64,000 nucleotides of DNA from Eledone cirrhosa (GCA_964016885.1 OZ024745.1:52080001-52144000); one strand, 5' to 3'; shown: positions 1 through 14,241, counted from the stretch's first letter. Notes: generated from the sequence alone by a model not told the origin. Program-made: numbers and translations.

Positions 1-26
1 GGGGGGACCCACGCCCTCTTTAACAT
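1..26 (-). CDS. possible start of LINE ORF2 (MLKRAWVP...), running off the window
   Basis: An ATG lies a few bases after the apparent ORF1 stop and the frame stays open to the window edge. Positional evidence only. Confidence 0.3.
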
Positions 27-39
27 TGTTTTTTAAAGT

Positions 40-1601
40 TTTATAGGTGTCCTGTGGGGCCTTAATCATTTTGAGGTGGAGGAAATCCCCTGCCTGGGTG
101 AAGTTAGGCCCTTGTGTTTTTATTAGATTGTTGTTGTACACAATGTTTAACAGTTTTTTTGTTTTTTGTGTTTATGTATGTGTATGCATGTTTTTGTTTT
201 TGTGTGGTGTTTTTTGTTTGCTGTTGTTGTGAGCTCTTTTGTGTTGGTGTCAGTGTTATGTTTTGGGGAGGGGTTGTTTTCATTTGTGTGTCTGAGGTGT
301 GATTTCTTTTTTTTCTGTTGATTGTGTGGAAGTGCTCCTCCTCGTCTGACGACGAACTAGGGTCATCTTCCGCGTTGGAGGGGAGGGGTAAATTTTCAGG
401 TTGTGTTTGCGGTGCGGGTGTTTTGGAAATTGTTTTTGTTTTTTGAGTGGAGGGGATGGGTTGGACATTGTTTTGTTTTGGTTTGAGCTGTGGTGGTTGT
501 TTTTGTAGTGGTAGTTGTGGTGATTGTGTTGGTTGTGCAGTTGTTGGTGGTGTAGGCAGGATTGGGGTTTTCTTATCAAGTTGGGGACAGACAGCCCTCA
601 GGTAACCTCTGGTTCCGCAGAGGTAACACGAGGGCCGCCTACCCTCAACGGTAATGTTAATGAAGGTTTGATCATCCAGTATGACGCGTTCAGGGATCTG
701 GGCGATCCTTTCGGGCCTCATTTGAACTACAAGTTCGAGGCTCGTTCCACTGAACGCGTCACCCGATGCCTTTCCCATGGACACCAGCCTGTCATCCTCC
801 AGGTCCAGGAAACCTGTTAAAACACACCATATGTCCATAATCGGCAGGATGGTGTGGATTTTTATTTTCTGTGTTCTTCTACCCATGTACGTAGGGTAGA
901 AGGTGTATGCGGCGGATGTGATTGGTTTGATGGACAGTTTCACTGCTGTGTCCCTGTCCTTCATGAGAATGGATAGACTCCCGTAGAGTCTATCCTTCTG
1001 AATGAAGGTGATGTCCTTCATGACGTCTTTTAAAACCAGCTCTATCTCACTCTGTGATGGTTGAGCTGGTTTTTTGCTTTTATTCGAGATTGTCCTAAAC
1101 ATGACAGTGTTTAGGAGTCTCTGGCTTTTTAGTTCCGGGAGGGAATGGATTGTGAATGAACCATCTTCCCCGTACACTATATATTTTTTGGCATCTGCCA
1201 GTAGCTCCTTCGCTTTGGTTATATCTACTGGCAGATAGTCGAGGGTTTTCCTTGCTGTCTCGGCGAAGTAGAAATTTTTTTTTGTTTGTGTTGTTGTTGT
1301 CGTTGGTGGTGTTGTTGTTATCATTGTTGTTGTTGTCACAGTTATTGGTCTTCTTGTTGTTGTTATTGTTATTGGTGTTGTTTTCCTCCGTCGCATTGTT
1401 GTTGTTGTTGCTGTTGCTGGTGCCTCTGGTTCTTTGGGTTGTTGCCATGGCAACGTCAAGTTGTCGGTTAACAGGTGGAGAAAATCCTTCCTCTGGCTGA
1501 CCTTTCTTCTTGACCTCTGCTACTGTGACAGTGGCAGGGGAAAGCTGTAAGTTTATCTTCCCCTTTCCTCTTTCGAATTTTGGTGAAGAAGCTTCAGCCA
1601 T
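40..1601 (-). pseudogene. ORF1 (gag-like, zinc knuckle) of an L1/Tx1-like non-LTR retrotransposon, frameshifted
   Basis: ORFs 1095..1601 and 104..1459 join across an A homopolymer near 1275-1283. The motif VEGRRPSCYLCGTRGYLRAVC is a CCHC-like knuckle, followed by a P/Q/T-rich and acidic tail typical of LINE ORF1. Confidence 0.75.
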
Positions 1602-1816
1602 TTAAAAAAATATTAACTTTTCAACAAGAAAAAACTTTTTTTTGTTTAACTATTTCGCCTAAAGGCGTAGAATATTTTGAGAGACTGACCAGATCAAAGT
1701 TTGACCTGGCAGTCCCTCTACAAAATGGTACAATAATGAAAGTTTACAATTAACAATTTCCGGATGAATTTAAACAAAACTTACCGAGCGAGCTCAGCAC
1801 ATGTGTCCATCGTAAA

Positions 1817-2032
<216 letters not shown>

Positions 2033-2379
2033 AATGCCTGATGTGTTGATTGGAGCGACAACTTCGTTTCATTTTTAAATATTTTTATTTTATATGTAGT
2101 TGTTATAGATTGCTAAATCATGCAATATTTTTATGTGGATAGCAAGTGTATATTTTTGAAAAATTATTTATTCAGTGCAACAAATCTTAATACTTTTCTC
2201 TATCTGTATTGGATTATTTTCACCATATACATGCATGATAAGAACAACGAATAATGAAACTTGCTCGTTGACTGGATTTGTTGTTTATCATATAATATAC
2301 ACTACTGACTAAAGGATCTTGTTGATTACATATTGTAGGAGATATATAAATAGATAGATGGATAGATATATATATAGAT

Positions 2380-2444
<65 letters not shown>

Positions 2445-3154
2445 CATTGAGATAGAAATATGGAGATATGTATGTGTGCATGTGTAATTATTAGTGTTCT
2501 ACTTAATAATATATATCTATTTCAGAACTCTGTTTAATATTGATAAGGATGGGAATATGTTATTCCAAAATATGTTGCTGAGTATTTATCCTGAAGCTCA
2601 AAACATTCGAATTATATCTACTTAAACGTTGTTGCTCTATTAAACATACCTAGAACATTCCATTATTAATTTATACTTAAACAAATTATAACAGAAGGAC
2701 ATCTTCATTTAACGAATATACAATGATACACAATAAAAGAATAAACAAGACAAAGTGGCTAATTAACCCATTCATTTACGATCGTTTCAAAGACTAACAT
2801 TATCGTTGTACCCCATCAAACGATAGCTTTTTAGTGACTACATACGCTTTTCTTCGAAGAGAAACGTCCATTTTACTGACTATCCTCAGAAAGATTATTT
2901 CTCGGAATACATTAGAGATGGGACTTGCGTGGTCGAGGCTACTGATATGAAGTTGAATAATTTCAATCGATTGGTCTGCATGTTGATGATGATGATATAT
3001 ATATATATATGTGTGTATATATATATATATAAATATATAGGTGGCTTCAATCAGGAGTAACCAGAGTATGTAAGGTACTCAATAGAAAGGGCTTTCCTGA
3101 TGGTTTCCTTCGAATGAAACATTTCCATTTCTGTAAAAGCCATTTCTATATATT

Positions 3155-3226
<72 letters not shown>

Positions 3227-3259
3227 TATATAGAAATGGCTTTTACAGAAATGGAAATG

Positions 3260-3301
<42 letters not shown>

Positions 3302-3329
3302 GAAAGAAAGAGAGAGGGGGGGGGGACAA

Positions 3330-3548
3330 GTAGTTCCACAACAGTTAGTTCACCCTACCGAAAACCGTTGTTTCACTTTATTCGCATCATCAGCTTTTTT
3401 TTTTTTTAGACCTAGCTGATGATACGGATAATGTGAAACAATTGTTCTCAGTATGGTGAACTAATTATTGTGGAAGTACGCCTACCAAACTCGTCCCATG
3501 GACTGAGTGCTCTACTGCTACGGATATAACCCATCAGTGTTCTACTCT
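3330..3548. mobile_element. fold-back non-coding element with two opposed HHR motifs; related copy at ~34195-34670
   Basis: 3330-3395 is the reverse complement of 3414-3480. Both arms contain CTGATGA...GAAAC, and the plus arm has the palindromic AACAATTGTT. Confidence 0.65.
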
Positions 3549-3574
3549 CTTCCTTATTTATATATATAAAGTAA

Positions 3575-3961
3575 ATGATGAAATAATACTTCGAGTAAAA
3601 AAGATTTCAAACTGTCTATGCCCTAGGGACCGCATTAGGCGATTTTGCGATCTCTCTCTATAATTCTTAGTCTTTCTTTTTAGATAGATACATAGATATA
3701 ACGCCCTTATCATATTTGTCTGTATGTCTGGCTGTCTGCATTACGATATTATGACGCTATATGTCTGTATGTGTGTATATATATGTATATGTAGTGTTTG
3801 TATATATATATAGTGTGTAACGATTTTCGAAATGTTTACTTCTGCGTTCACAGATTGATTTTTTAGTTTCAGAAGATCCCGTTAAGGATGAAAGCAGCGA
3901 TCCTTTGCTCAAACATTAATCTGTTATTTTAATGCCGAGCAACGCCGAGCCATTCTGCTAG
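3575..3961 (+). mobile_element. non-autonomous Helitron (family A), 3' part
   Basis: Shares sequence with 17493-18360 and 61925-63000. Ends in CCGAGCAACGCCG...CTGCTAG|T, like the helicase-bearing copy ending at 54340. Confidence 0.75.
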
Positions 3962-4291
3962 TATACAATAAAAGGATCTTTTTAACATGTTTCAAAAATT
4001 GATGTTAGCGAAGTTTGCTTAATTCGTGCTTAGGTTTTAAAAGCATATCTTATTAGGTTAAATTGTCCTTTTATTAAAATACTTGCATGTTGGTTTTCGA
4101 TATCCTAATAAGAAATCTTTTGAAAAGGTCAGAACAAAGAAAACAAACTTCGGTAACATCAATTTTTTGTACGTTTTATAGAAATTACATATTTTGGATT
4201 TATATCAGGTGCGCTTTTTGAACCCTTTTGTATTATCTGTTTCCTTATATAATGTGATCAGTATAGAATATCTCTAACGTCCACACTTTTT

Positions 4292-4362
<71 letters not shown>

Positions 4363-4920
4363 TATATATAGAGAGAGAGAGGAGAAAGATTTGTATGTAT
4401 GTATATTTATATCTATATATAAACTACTAATTTTTAAATTGTAGACAAAATCCCCGTTTTTTGGAGATTGAAATACCTCAGCAAATAGGGAATGTAACTA
4501 AACTTTCCTGTACGGCAAGTTTTGTGTGTGTCTTAAGAGGCCAATTCCTTCGGCCAGGCAAAGGGTCAATCTCCATGAATCCAATATCCTAAAATATACC
4601 TCAACACTTTCCTCAAGTGACAATCTAGAAAAATAATTAGTGAGAAAGTTTAACAGGTGCACAACGTGATTAATGTTTCCATCAAAGTGTTTTATTCCTC
4701 GTATTATCACCGGAGTTATAGAAAATTTCGATATATAAATATGTCCGTTGCAAGGTAAAAGTTTTATAAAAAAAAACATCGAATGTTATTTCAAATTCGT
4801 AATATAACATGAAGAACACGTTTAGGAATAGGACATAAATATTTTCTATCACACACACCCACACATACACACACGCAAACACACACATACACGCGCACAC
4901 ACACACATACACACACATGT

Positions 4921-4984
<64 letters not shown>

Positions 4985-5389
4985 ACACACACATATATAT
5001 ATATATGCATATATATGATTATGGACTTTCCCGTCGATATCCGACGTATGAGTGTCCAACAAAAGTTGATGTGAGAAAGTGAACTGATGTTGAACTACTC
5101 ACACGAAGTTTTGTTTTAAGTGGCTTGTGTAGGACCAACCACACTTTTTGGAACTGACGGCTTCGGTGCAAATGTTTGTCACGGAAAATATGACAGGCCT
5201 CAGCTTTTTATGCCTCGGAGTTTTACCTCTCCGTATATAAAAATAAAAAAAAATATTTGGATGGCCGTTGACTATGCTGAATTCCTCCGCTCTTTCCCGG
5301 GTATTGTATTTCTTAACAGAAATCTCGTCAGTGTTCATAAATGAACACTGACGAGACCTTCAAGATAGTTAAGAATCATCTGTACTCTA

Positions 5390-6002
5390 GGAACATGCTA
5401 AAATAGAACATAAGGGTAAATTAGAGAACATAGAAATAAAAATAGAATCTACACACAGAAAAGACGCAATGTTTAGACAAATCACAGAGGCAATAAACAT
5501 AAATGAATTACAAACAAAATTAAATAGAAAACATGAGTGGAACAGAAACATCACAACTTACAATTAAGGACAAAATGAAAACACACACGCACATAGAACA
5601 AACAACCAACCAGTAACATGTAAGTAAACAAATAAATAAACGAATATAAACACACACAGACACCCGGATGTAACACATGCGCAAACTAAGCACACAACAC
5701 ACACACACAAAAAAAAACAAGATGGCGTAGGACAGAACAAAGGAGAGGTACGAAAAACAAAGAAACTAATCCCAGTCACTGATGAGGTCACAGAATGTGT
5801 GACGAAAGAACTTTGACAATATAAACAACCATATGGTTGTGGAACCAACCAACCAACCGTAAATTTATAAATTTATTATAATAAATTGAAGTGAAAGCAT
5901 CTGGTGCGTGTGTTTCTTATTGGTAACATGACCCTCCCAAAGTATAACAATATCGGTTTCAACACACGTTTTCAGATAAAGAATCTTGCTAAACGAATTC
6001 AG

Positions 6003-6007
<5 letters not shown>
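5390..6007 (+). mobile_element. Penelope-like element 3' remnant: GIY-YIG C-terminus, HHR, pLTR
   Basis: Translates to EHAKIEHKG...RQITEAININELQTKLNRKHEWN. HHR at 5775-5817. Ends with MTLPKYNNIGFNTRFQIKNLAK, homologous to the ORF start at 24400. Confidence 0.85.
5775..5817 (+). ncRNA. minimal type I hammerhead ribozyme
   Basis: GTCA-CTGATGA-GGTCACA gaatg TGTGAC-GAAA-GAACTT-TGAC, with stems I and II pairing. Confidence 0.8.
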
Positions 6008-6036
<29 letters not shown>

Positions 6037-6421
6037 CGTGTGTTATTTCTTGTGAGAGAGTAAAAATGTGATCTAGTCATTATCTCGCACTGCATCAATT
6101 TCCGTAGAAGCAACACGGGAAGCGTCATGACCAGGTTTTCCAACGTTCTGATGTAAATACAGGACTCCTTAATCCAATGTACTAGCTGTATGTAAACTAT
6201 ATCCAGGTTCAGAGCCTTTTGCCTACAAATCCAAATGCGCGCCAAGTACATTTGTAAATTGGCCTTTCAATTTAGTTGTTTATCGACTTCTGGGAACATA
6301 TTGCATTTATATTTTCAAGTGGTGAGGAGGAAGTTTGTTTTTCTTGTAGATTGAAGGCAGGGTATATTTAGAGCATAATTCAATGTAAACTAGATTTTAA
6401 TTTTCTCCATTTATCTTTTCA

Positions 6422-6529
<108 letters not shown>

Positions 6530-7509
6530 GTATCTGACGTCAAACCCGGATAATTACCGACGGAATGTGGCCTCACGTAACGTGGCTTAATTTAATCAAA
6601 TGAACGATCAGCGTGCAACAGTTTTAATCATATGTGTAAATAATTCAGCTATTGATTCATCGATTTCGGCTTGTTTACTTTGCAAATTAATTGTTCATTG
6701 GTTTCGTTAGAAGGATAGCTTAAAAATTAAAATTGGTCGTTCGATTGAACTATTTATTTCCCCCAAAGCTTTGATTAAAATAATATGTATAGCTGCAATA
6801 CTAATAAAGACAGTAATAATCGCAACTATAGTTATAAAAATAATAACCATACTACCAGCAGAATTAAGAACAATAATGACAACAAACATATCAAAAACAA
6901 TGGTTTCTTATTTATGCTCAAGGCCAGTAAATTGGTTTGGTTAAGAAGGTGAAAGTCACTCTATTCCATGGCTAATATGTTCGTAGTTGGGCACATATTC
7001 TGGGACCATACTCCTTGAAGTTTCCGGAAAGGTAAGCTACCTGGCAGCTTCATTGAGAATGGAGTGTTTACCACCAATATATAGGAAATTATAAATATTT
7101 CGAAGGACAAAAAAATCTTTGATTTCACATTTACGCTTCGATCTTCTCATTTTACTTATCGTATCCGACATTGTTATCTCAATATTCTTAACCCCACTTG
7201 CATTTTAGCGTCTTTGTTTAATTTGCTCACTTTATAATTAATTATATCAACCAATGTATACATACCATGTAAATAGGATGCGCATTTCAGTTATTTTTAT
7301 AACATCTACCAATTACACAAGATCTCTATAGTAATGAGACTCTTGGAATACAAAGATAAAGGTTGTTATCCAATGATAAGAGGAATTTTTGAAAGTATTT
7401 AAATTGATACTCAACATTCTGTCCTCCAATGGATTCTAATTCAAAATACTGTTTATTACTGCCTAACATATAAGTTAAAAACATATTCTGCGCTGTGTTC
7501 ATGCACAAA

Positions 7510-7567
<58 letters not shown>

Positions 7568-7734
7568 GGGGGGGGGGGGGTTATGGTGGAGAAAGAATGG
7601 TCGAAATGAACCTATCACAGCTTATTATATTTATGAAGTGAATAATAACTTATTGGAAGGTGTGTTAATGTAGTTCTACATAGGATGGAGGAAAATATAG
7701 TATGTAGTCGGTGATGGAATGATTATAATTCACC

Positions 7735-8225
7735 TTGGGCAGCAGTGTGGAAGTCGGACCTTAGTAAAGACCTGAAGATCGGCCTTTTCCTTGTGTATTG
7801 GAATCTTTGCTGCTGTACGGGTCTGAGACTTGGACACTGACCAAGAAACTCACTCAGATGCTGGATGGGTGCTACATGAGAATGCTGAGGATGGTTCTGA
7901 ACATTAATCAGTAGACACTGAGGATGAAGAACTCAGAGCTGTACGGGTACCTCCCAAATTTCAGCTCAGAATTGACACAGAGAAGACTGAGGTTAGCTGG
8001 AAATGCTCACCGACATCCAGAGTTGACACTGCCCTCAGTGCTCCTGTGGGATCCACTGCATGGAGAAACTGGAAGAGGAAGACCGAGGTTAACATATGTT
8101 GATGCCCTAAGGATAGACACTGGTCTGTTGGAGACGCAGGACATGGCAGCGATAATGAGGGTCAGAGACCGCTGGAGAGAACTCGCCCATTGATCTCGGG
8201 AATTTTACCCTTTTACCCGCCCTGG
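7735..8225 (+). mobile_element. RTE-clade LINE 3' fragment
   Basis: Translates to LLYGSETWTLTKKL..LDGCYMRMLRMVL and RRLRLAGNAHRH...GRGRPRLTYVD. Same family as 59127-60022 and 20195-20300. Confidence 0.9.
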
Positions 8226-9279
8226 ATAGATATATTGGGCAGCAATAAAGAATAAATATGAAAACACTTTTTTTAAACTGCTTCACGAAAATGTTAATGT
8301 GAAATAATGAAAATGATTTCAGATAATCATGTATAAAACAACTTATACACAATCAGGTAACCACAATTCAACGCTACTATTCCACGAGCTCTGAAAGTGA
8401 AGAAATAGTATCTAAATCCCTCTCAAATTACACACTACCCAGTGAAAAGAAAGATCATTTTGAATAATACAATGTAGTCAAAGATCCATAGTATATGGCA
8501 TAAAAGGTGGAGTGTTCGAGGAAATAATGCCGTTGGGAGCGCGAGTAGAGATTTCTAAATGAAATGTAACAAAAATTATTCTAAATGCACTTTAACCTGT
8601 TATGGTGGTTACGTCCACTAATTAAACATTACCACGCTACAGATGGCTGCTTATTGATACTAGATATATCAGTAAGCAACCAGACACTGCGTAACCAGAT
8701 ATAAAAGAATACATAATGTAAAATTGCATAAAATAGTTTACGGTATTTTCAAAATGGCAGTATGAATCTCTTTAACATCGTATATAGCTATTTGCACACA
8801 GGCATACATATGTTAGTATTTCCCAGCAAATGATTTTTATTTATTTTCTCTATTCGTTGAAATTTCCAAACGATATTTGCTCTGTTTATATTTTAGTATT
8901 TTAAATGAAATATAGCACGTATTTTACTGTAGATAGAACATTAAAGTAGTTTTTAACATAAATTGATTGCAGCAAACATTATGTAATTAGCATTTGTAGA
9001 TTGGTATTGTTTTTAAATTATTGGTAGCGTTTGTACGTAAACTGTATTTAATTGAAAACAAAGAAAACAATAATATAATTATGTGCCAGAAGCGAATAAA
9101 AATTATTCTGAAAATGAAGTTATTTTATTTTGGTTGTTTAGAAAATAAATGCATGGAATTTATATTGATAATAAATAATAAATACACTACAATGCATACA
9201 TGCACATAGTTTCACATAAAATAATGATACACACACAAACATACACATACGCATATATATATATATATATATACATACA

Positions 9280-9383
9280 CCCATACATGATGGCTGCCCC
9301 CTCGTTATCGAGTATGACCATTGCACGAGGAGAAATATATATATATATATATTAATAAATAAATAAAAAATTAAAAAAAAAAG

Positions 9384-9468
<85 letters not shown>

Positions 9469-9534
9469 CATACATATATACACACATATATATATATACA
9501 TATATATATATAAACACACATATACATTAATAAC

Positions 9535-9566
<32 letters not shown>

Positions 9567-12500
9567 CAATAATAATAACGACAACAACAACAATAATAAT
9601 ATACATATACATATATGTATACACACACACGCACACACATAAACATATCTATACACACACACGATAGCAACTAACAGCGCTGCGATCGAATGTGGCTTTT
9701 TAGCCCAGCCAATGATCTAAAATGTCTTGCACAGAGTCGGCAACCAAAACATTCACTGGGAATAGCCGGCTGTGGTTGGAGTTCATGTACTTTTGCATGT
9801 CGCTTGAGCCCTCCTGCTGATTTACATTTCTTACCACATTCTTGGCAAGCATGATGAGTAGCATCTCTAACAGCAGACTGGTAGTCAACCACTTGTCTTA
9901 CTTTATGACTGCGAAGATGACTTTTGAGTCCAGCTTTGCGTAGGCAGAGTCTCGCACAGACGCTGCATGTCAGCACCATAGGAGAACCCTCGCCGTCTGG
10001 AAGTGCAACAGCAATGCCCTTCCTCACATCCCTCTTTACTTTCTCGTATGCGATTCGAGATGCCTCAAAGGCAACTTTTCCCTCATATACAGTCTTTCTC
10101 CATTTATTACGATCAGCAGCAATATTTTCCCATGTATCAGCAGAGATGTTAGCGTCTTTCAAAGAGGCTTTCAAGGAATTCTTATACCTCTTTTTTGGTT
10201 TATGTGGCGGTCGTTTTCCTTTAACCAACTCTCCATAAAAGAGTTGTTTTGGTATTCTAGAATCCTTCAACCTGGCAGGTGACCACTCCAACGGAATCGT
10301 TGCTTAAGCACAAGAGCTCCTATACTGTCACACATAGAGCTTTCCAAATTTCGACATCACTGATGTGGTCCCTCCAGTGAACGCCATTGATCCGTCTGAG
10401 ACACATCTGATATGTGACCCAGGTCTCGCAGGCATAAAAAGACAAGAGAGCACACATGCCTTGTACACCTTTACCTGTGTCCTCCTGCGTATGTCTCGGC
10501 AACCCCAGAGTCGCCTTTCTAGCTTTCCGAAAGCATCACTTGCTTTCCTAATCCTAAGTGAGATTTCACTATCAAGGTTGCTGTATCGATTGACAGTGCT
10601 TCCCAGGTAGACAATCTGATCAACCACTCCAACTCGTTTACCATACACATATATATTTGGTTCAGTGTACTGCTTACCAGGGGCAGGTTGGTACATGACG
10701 ACGGTTTTCTTGAGACTGACAGTCAATCCTAGGGCAGTGAAAGCGTCAGAAAATGCATTCAAAGTGTGCTGCATATCACTCTCTGTGTGCGCTACAAGAT
10801 CGCAATCATCTGCATACAAGAGGTCTCTTATCATTGATGTAAATACTTTTGTCTTTGCAGCAAAGCGCCTGATGTTAAATATGCTGCCTGAGTACGATAT
10901 CGGATGTAAACACCATGCTCGCAATTCCTGAATGCAATACAGAAAACCACTGCAAAGTATATGGCAAACAGAGTCGGTGCTGGAATATCCCCCTGTTTCA
11001 CTCCATTTTTTACTGAGATAGGCTCCGACACGTTACCTCCGACATTAACCCAAGCCTTCATGTCGTCATGGAAAAACCAAACTAAAGCAAGGAACTTATC
11101 AGGGCAACCACGTTTTTGGAGAACCTTCCATAATGCATATCTGTTAAGAGTATCGAAAGCTTTTGTCAGATCGACAAAAATCTGATACAGATCCAAACCT
11201 TGTTCCATGCACTTCTCCTGGAGCTGTCTAGCTGAGAAGATCATATCAGTAGTGCCGCGTCCAACAAGAAAACCAGATTGACTTTCAGGAAGAACACAAT
11301 CTGCAATGTGTGTCAGCAGACGGTCCAGAAGCACCCTACATAAAACATTCCCTACGACAGAAAGCAATGATATACCTCTGTAGTGCCCACAATCATTCCT
11401 GTTACCTTTTCCCTTGTACAAAACTACCATTACTGCATCTCTCCAGTCCTCAGGTACGGATTCATTAGCCCATATCCTGCCAAACAAATAGTGAGATATT
11501 GTAGGAGCTCAGCATGTATGCCATCCATACCTGGAGACCTTCCACTGTTCAGCTTCGAGATAGCTACTGCTTCGGAGGTTTTGCGAGAGCTACTTTCACA
11601 GGACTTTCTGGAATGAGACTGAAGAAATCTTCATTGACGAGAGACGGCTGATTCAAAAGATCATCAAAGTGTTCTCGCCACCTTCGTAGAATTCCTTGTG
11701 AGTCACGAAGAAGTTCTTTGCGATCCTTCCTGCGAAGCGGTGTCACCAGAGAAGACGGTCCAGAAACCTCACGCAAAAGACTGTACAACAGCTTTGTGTT
11801 ATTGGAATCTGACGCAGTTTGTATCTCACCGACCTCTCACTCCACCACTTATCCTTCATCGGAGAAAGACTCCGCCTAACACGTGATTTTATATCCTTGA
11901 GTTCCTCATGCAACGTATTCCTCTCCTGTGGTGTTGCCGTCAAGTAGCGTGACAGAGCACGCCTCTTATCAGCCAACAAGTCTTCTATATGTACATCATT
12001 CTCATTAAACCAGTCCTGATGTTTTCTCTGCACCAATCCCAGAACACGCCTGCCTACATCATAAACCGACTTTTTAAGGGTTGGCCAATCCTCAACAAGA
12101 TCTGCAGCCTGCATCTCTTCTTCCAATGTCCTCTTCACATTTTTATCCTTAAGACGAGCAGCATTCAATCTATTGGCAGGGCAACACCAGGAGCCCGGAT
12201 TTTACGTTTAGTGATTAGTTTCACTTTTGCGCGTACGAGACGGTGGTGGTCCAGCACTCAGCTCCACGAAGAGCACGAACACACTGCACATCCTGTCTGT
12301 CACGCATCCTGACTAGGACGTAGTCCAAAAGATGCCATTCCTTAGATGCAGGAGGCATCCATGTGGTCTTGAATTTGTTCTTTTGTTGGAACATGGTGTT
12401 GGTAACACACAGATCCAGCTCCTCACACATCTGTAGCAGGAGCATACCATTGTTGTTACACTTTCCCACCCCATGCTTTCCGATTACATTCCATGTGTTA

Positions 12501-13070
12501 ACATCCCTACCCACTCTAGCATTAAAGTCACCAAGCACGATGACTTTGTCTGCCTGGGGGATATTTCTTAAAACACTTTTCAAGGCATGGTAAACGCACA
12601 CTTTTTCTTCATCGACAGAATTCATAGTTGGAGAATACACACTCACCAGGTTCGCATATCTTCCTTTGTCCAGCGGAATTCTCATGGACATAAGACGCTC
12701 ACTAATCCCTACTGGGAATTCTTCTAATTTATTCACAAGAACAGTCTTAACAGCAAATCCTACCCCAGCCTCTCTTCTGGTTCCTTCATCTCTTCCTTTC
12801 CAGAAGAATGCATATTCTCCACAACATTCTGTAAGATGACCATCTCCAGCTAACCTCGTCTCAGATAAAGCCACAATGTCAAGATCGTAACGTCGAAGCT
12901 CCTTTGCAACAAGAGCGGTCCTTCGTTCAGGACGCTCCAAGGAATCCCTATTAGCAGCGTCCGTACGTTCCAGCAGCCAAGACTAAATGCCTTGTTTGGC
13001 TCTATTACAATCAATGGCACGATGGCGAGCGGGCCCAGGCTGTGATAACCCGGGGCCCCTGCCCTTATTG
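9280..13070 (-). mobile_element. near-full-length decayed RTE LINE (APE endonuclease, RT, three C2H2 zinc fingers)
   Basis: APE motifs GCWNVRTL, ALSETRL, LGDFNARVG and LLDYVLV. RT motifs YRGISLLS, FVDLTKAFD, GVKQGD and LLYADD. C-terminal fingers are in ORF 9671..10291. Multiple frameshifts. A 3'UTR stem-loop at 9286-9328 is displaced from the stop by a microsatellite block. Confidence 0.95.
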
Positions 13071-13224
13071 CCAATTATATTTTTGGTCCAGAACCTAAAT
13101 TGCCAATTATCTCTTTTATATTGTTCTGGAACATCATTGAATTGGAGAAAAAAAAAAAAAAGTAATAATAATAGTAACAATAATAATAATAATAATAATA
13201 ATACACTATTAATAATTATTAATG

Positions 13225-13505
13225 CACTCGTGCAATGCCTGTGCGTGACGAATATTTTTAAAGTGAGGAAGGACTGTGCACTGAGCCATTCCCTCTCTCT
13301 GAGCGACAGTGCCTATAACCCGAAAAGAAGAAAAGATCAACATCATCGGTAACTACTGAGCCGTAGGTTTTATGTCAGAGTTAACCCAGTTTCCTGAGAT
13401 GCCTTCTCCTAGAAGAATGCCCTGACCAGGGCTAGGGGTTCTTCACTCCCAGTGGTTTAACTGCGCGATCGGGCATCCACCCCGATTATTTCTATGTCCA
13501 GGCGC
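13225..13505 (-). other. probable RTE 5' UTR
   Basis: GC-rich and upstream of the APE domain. Contains CCTAGCCCTG..CAGGGC..CTAGGAGAAGG..AACTCTG..AAACC, resembling RTE 5' UTR motifs as I recall them. Confidence 0.5.
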
Positions 13506-13768
13506 AAAAAAAAAAAAAATCACTTATTGACACTTATACGTACGACATACACACGCGCATACATACGCGCGCACACACACGCATGCATACGCGCGCACAC
13601 AGCAACACTCATACATACAAACAAACACACACACGCTACTCACTTACACACACATATATATATTTTACCGTCATTACTGATACAAGATTACAAGATTATG
13701 TCAACTGTTGACTTTCAAGAGTTTGTATAGTTGAAACCGTTCGTATTACAGTCCAGTATTATTATAAT

Positions 13769-13927
13769 TGCTTTACAGCATAGAGCTATGGCTCTCCACG
13801 CTCTGAGCTTAAATCCCGCCGAGGTCAACCTTGCCTTTCATCCCCACGGAGTCAACAAAAGAGAGTACCAGTAATGCGCTGGACCAGTTGCTGGATCCGT
13901 GCCAAAAGCAGAAAGATTATTATTATT
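13769..13927 (+). mobile_element. tRNA-derived SINE (Nin-domain-like), 5' truncated
   Basis: AAATCCCGCCGAGGT...GCCTTTCATCC core and (ATT)n tail; multiple copies in the window. Confidence 0.75.
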
Positions 13928-14241
13928 AAAGTTGTTTTCTTAATGCCCAGTCCCTGGTGATGGTGATGGCGGCGGTGGTAGTGGTGGTGGTAGTGGCAGT
14001 TGATGTTGTTGTTGTGTTGTGTGCGTGAGTGTGTTTTGTTATTTTGAGTTTTTTTGTTTGTTTGTGGTTTGTTATTTTTTTAACGTTTGATGCCGCTGTT
14101 GTTGTTGTTGTAAATGTTCATTTCAATTCATTCTGAAGCTGTTGTTGCTGTAAACATTAATGTCGGTATTGTTGTTGTAGATGTTGGGGTTGAAATCTGG
14201 TCGTTTGACTGAGTGATGTATATACACACATATACATACAT

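Noticed and set aside
13225-13505. HDV-like ribozyme at the RTE 5' end
   Set aside because: Hairpins are present, but I could not build the nested double pseudoknot by eye. A covariance search is needed.
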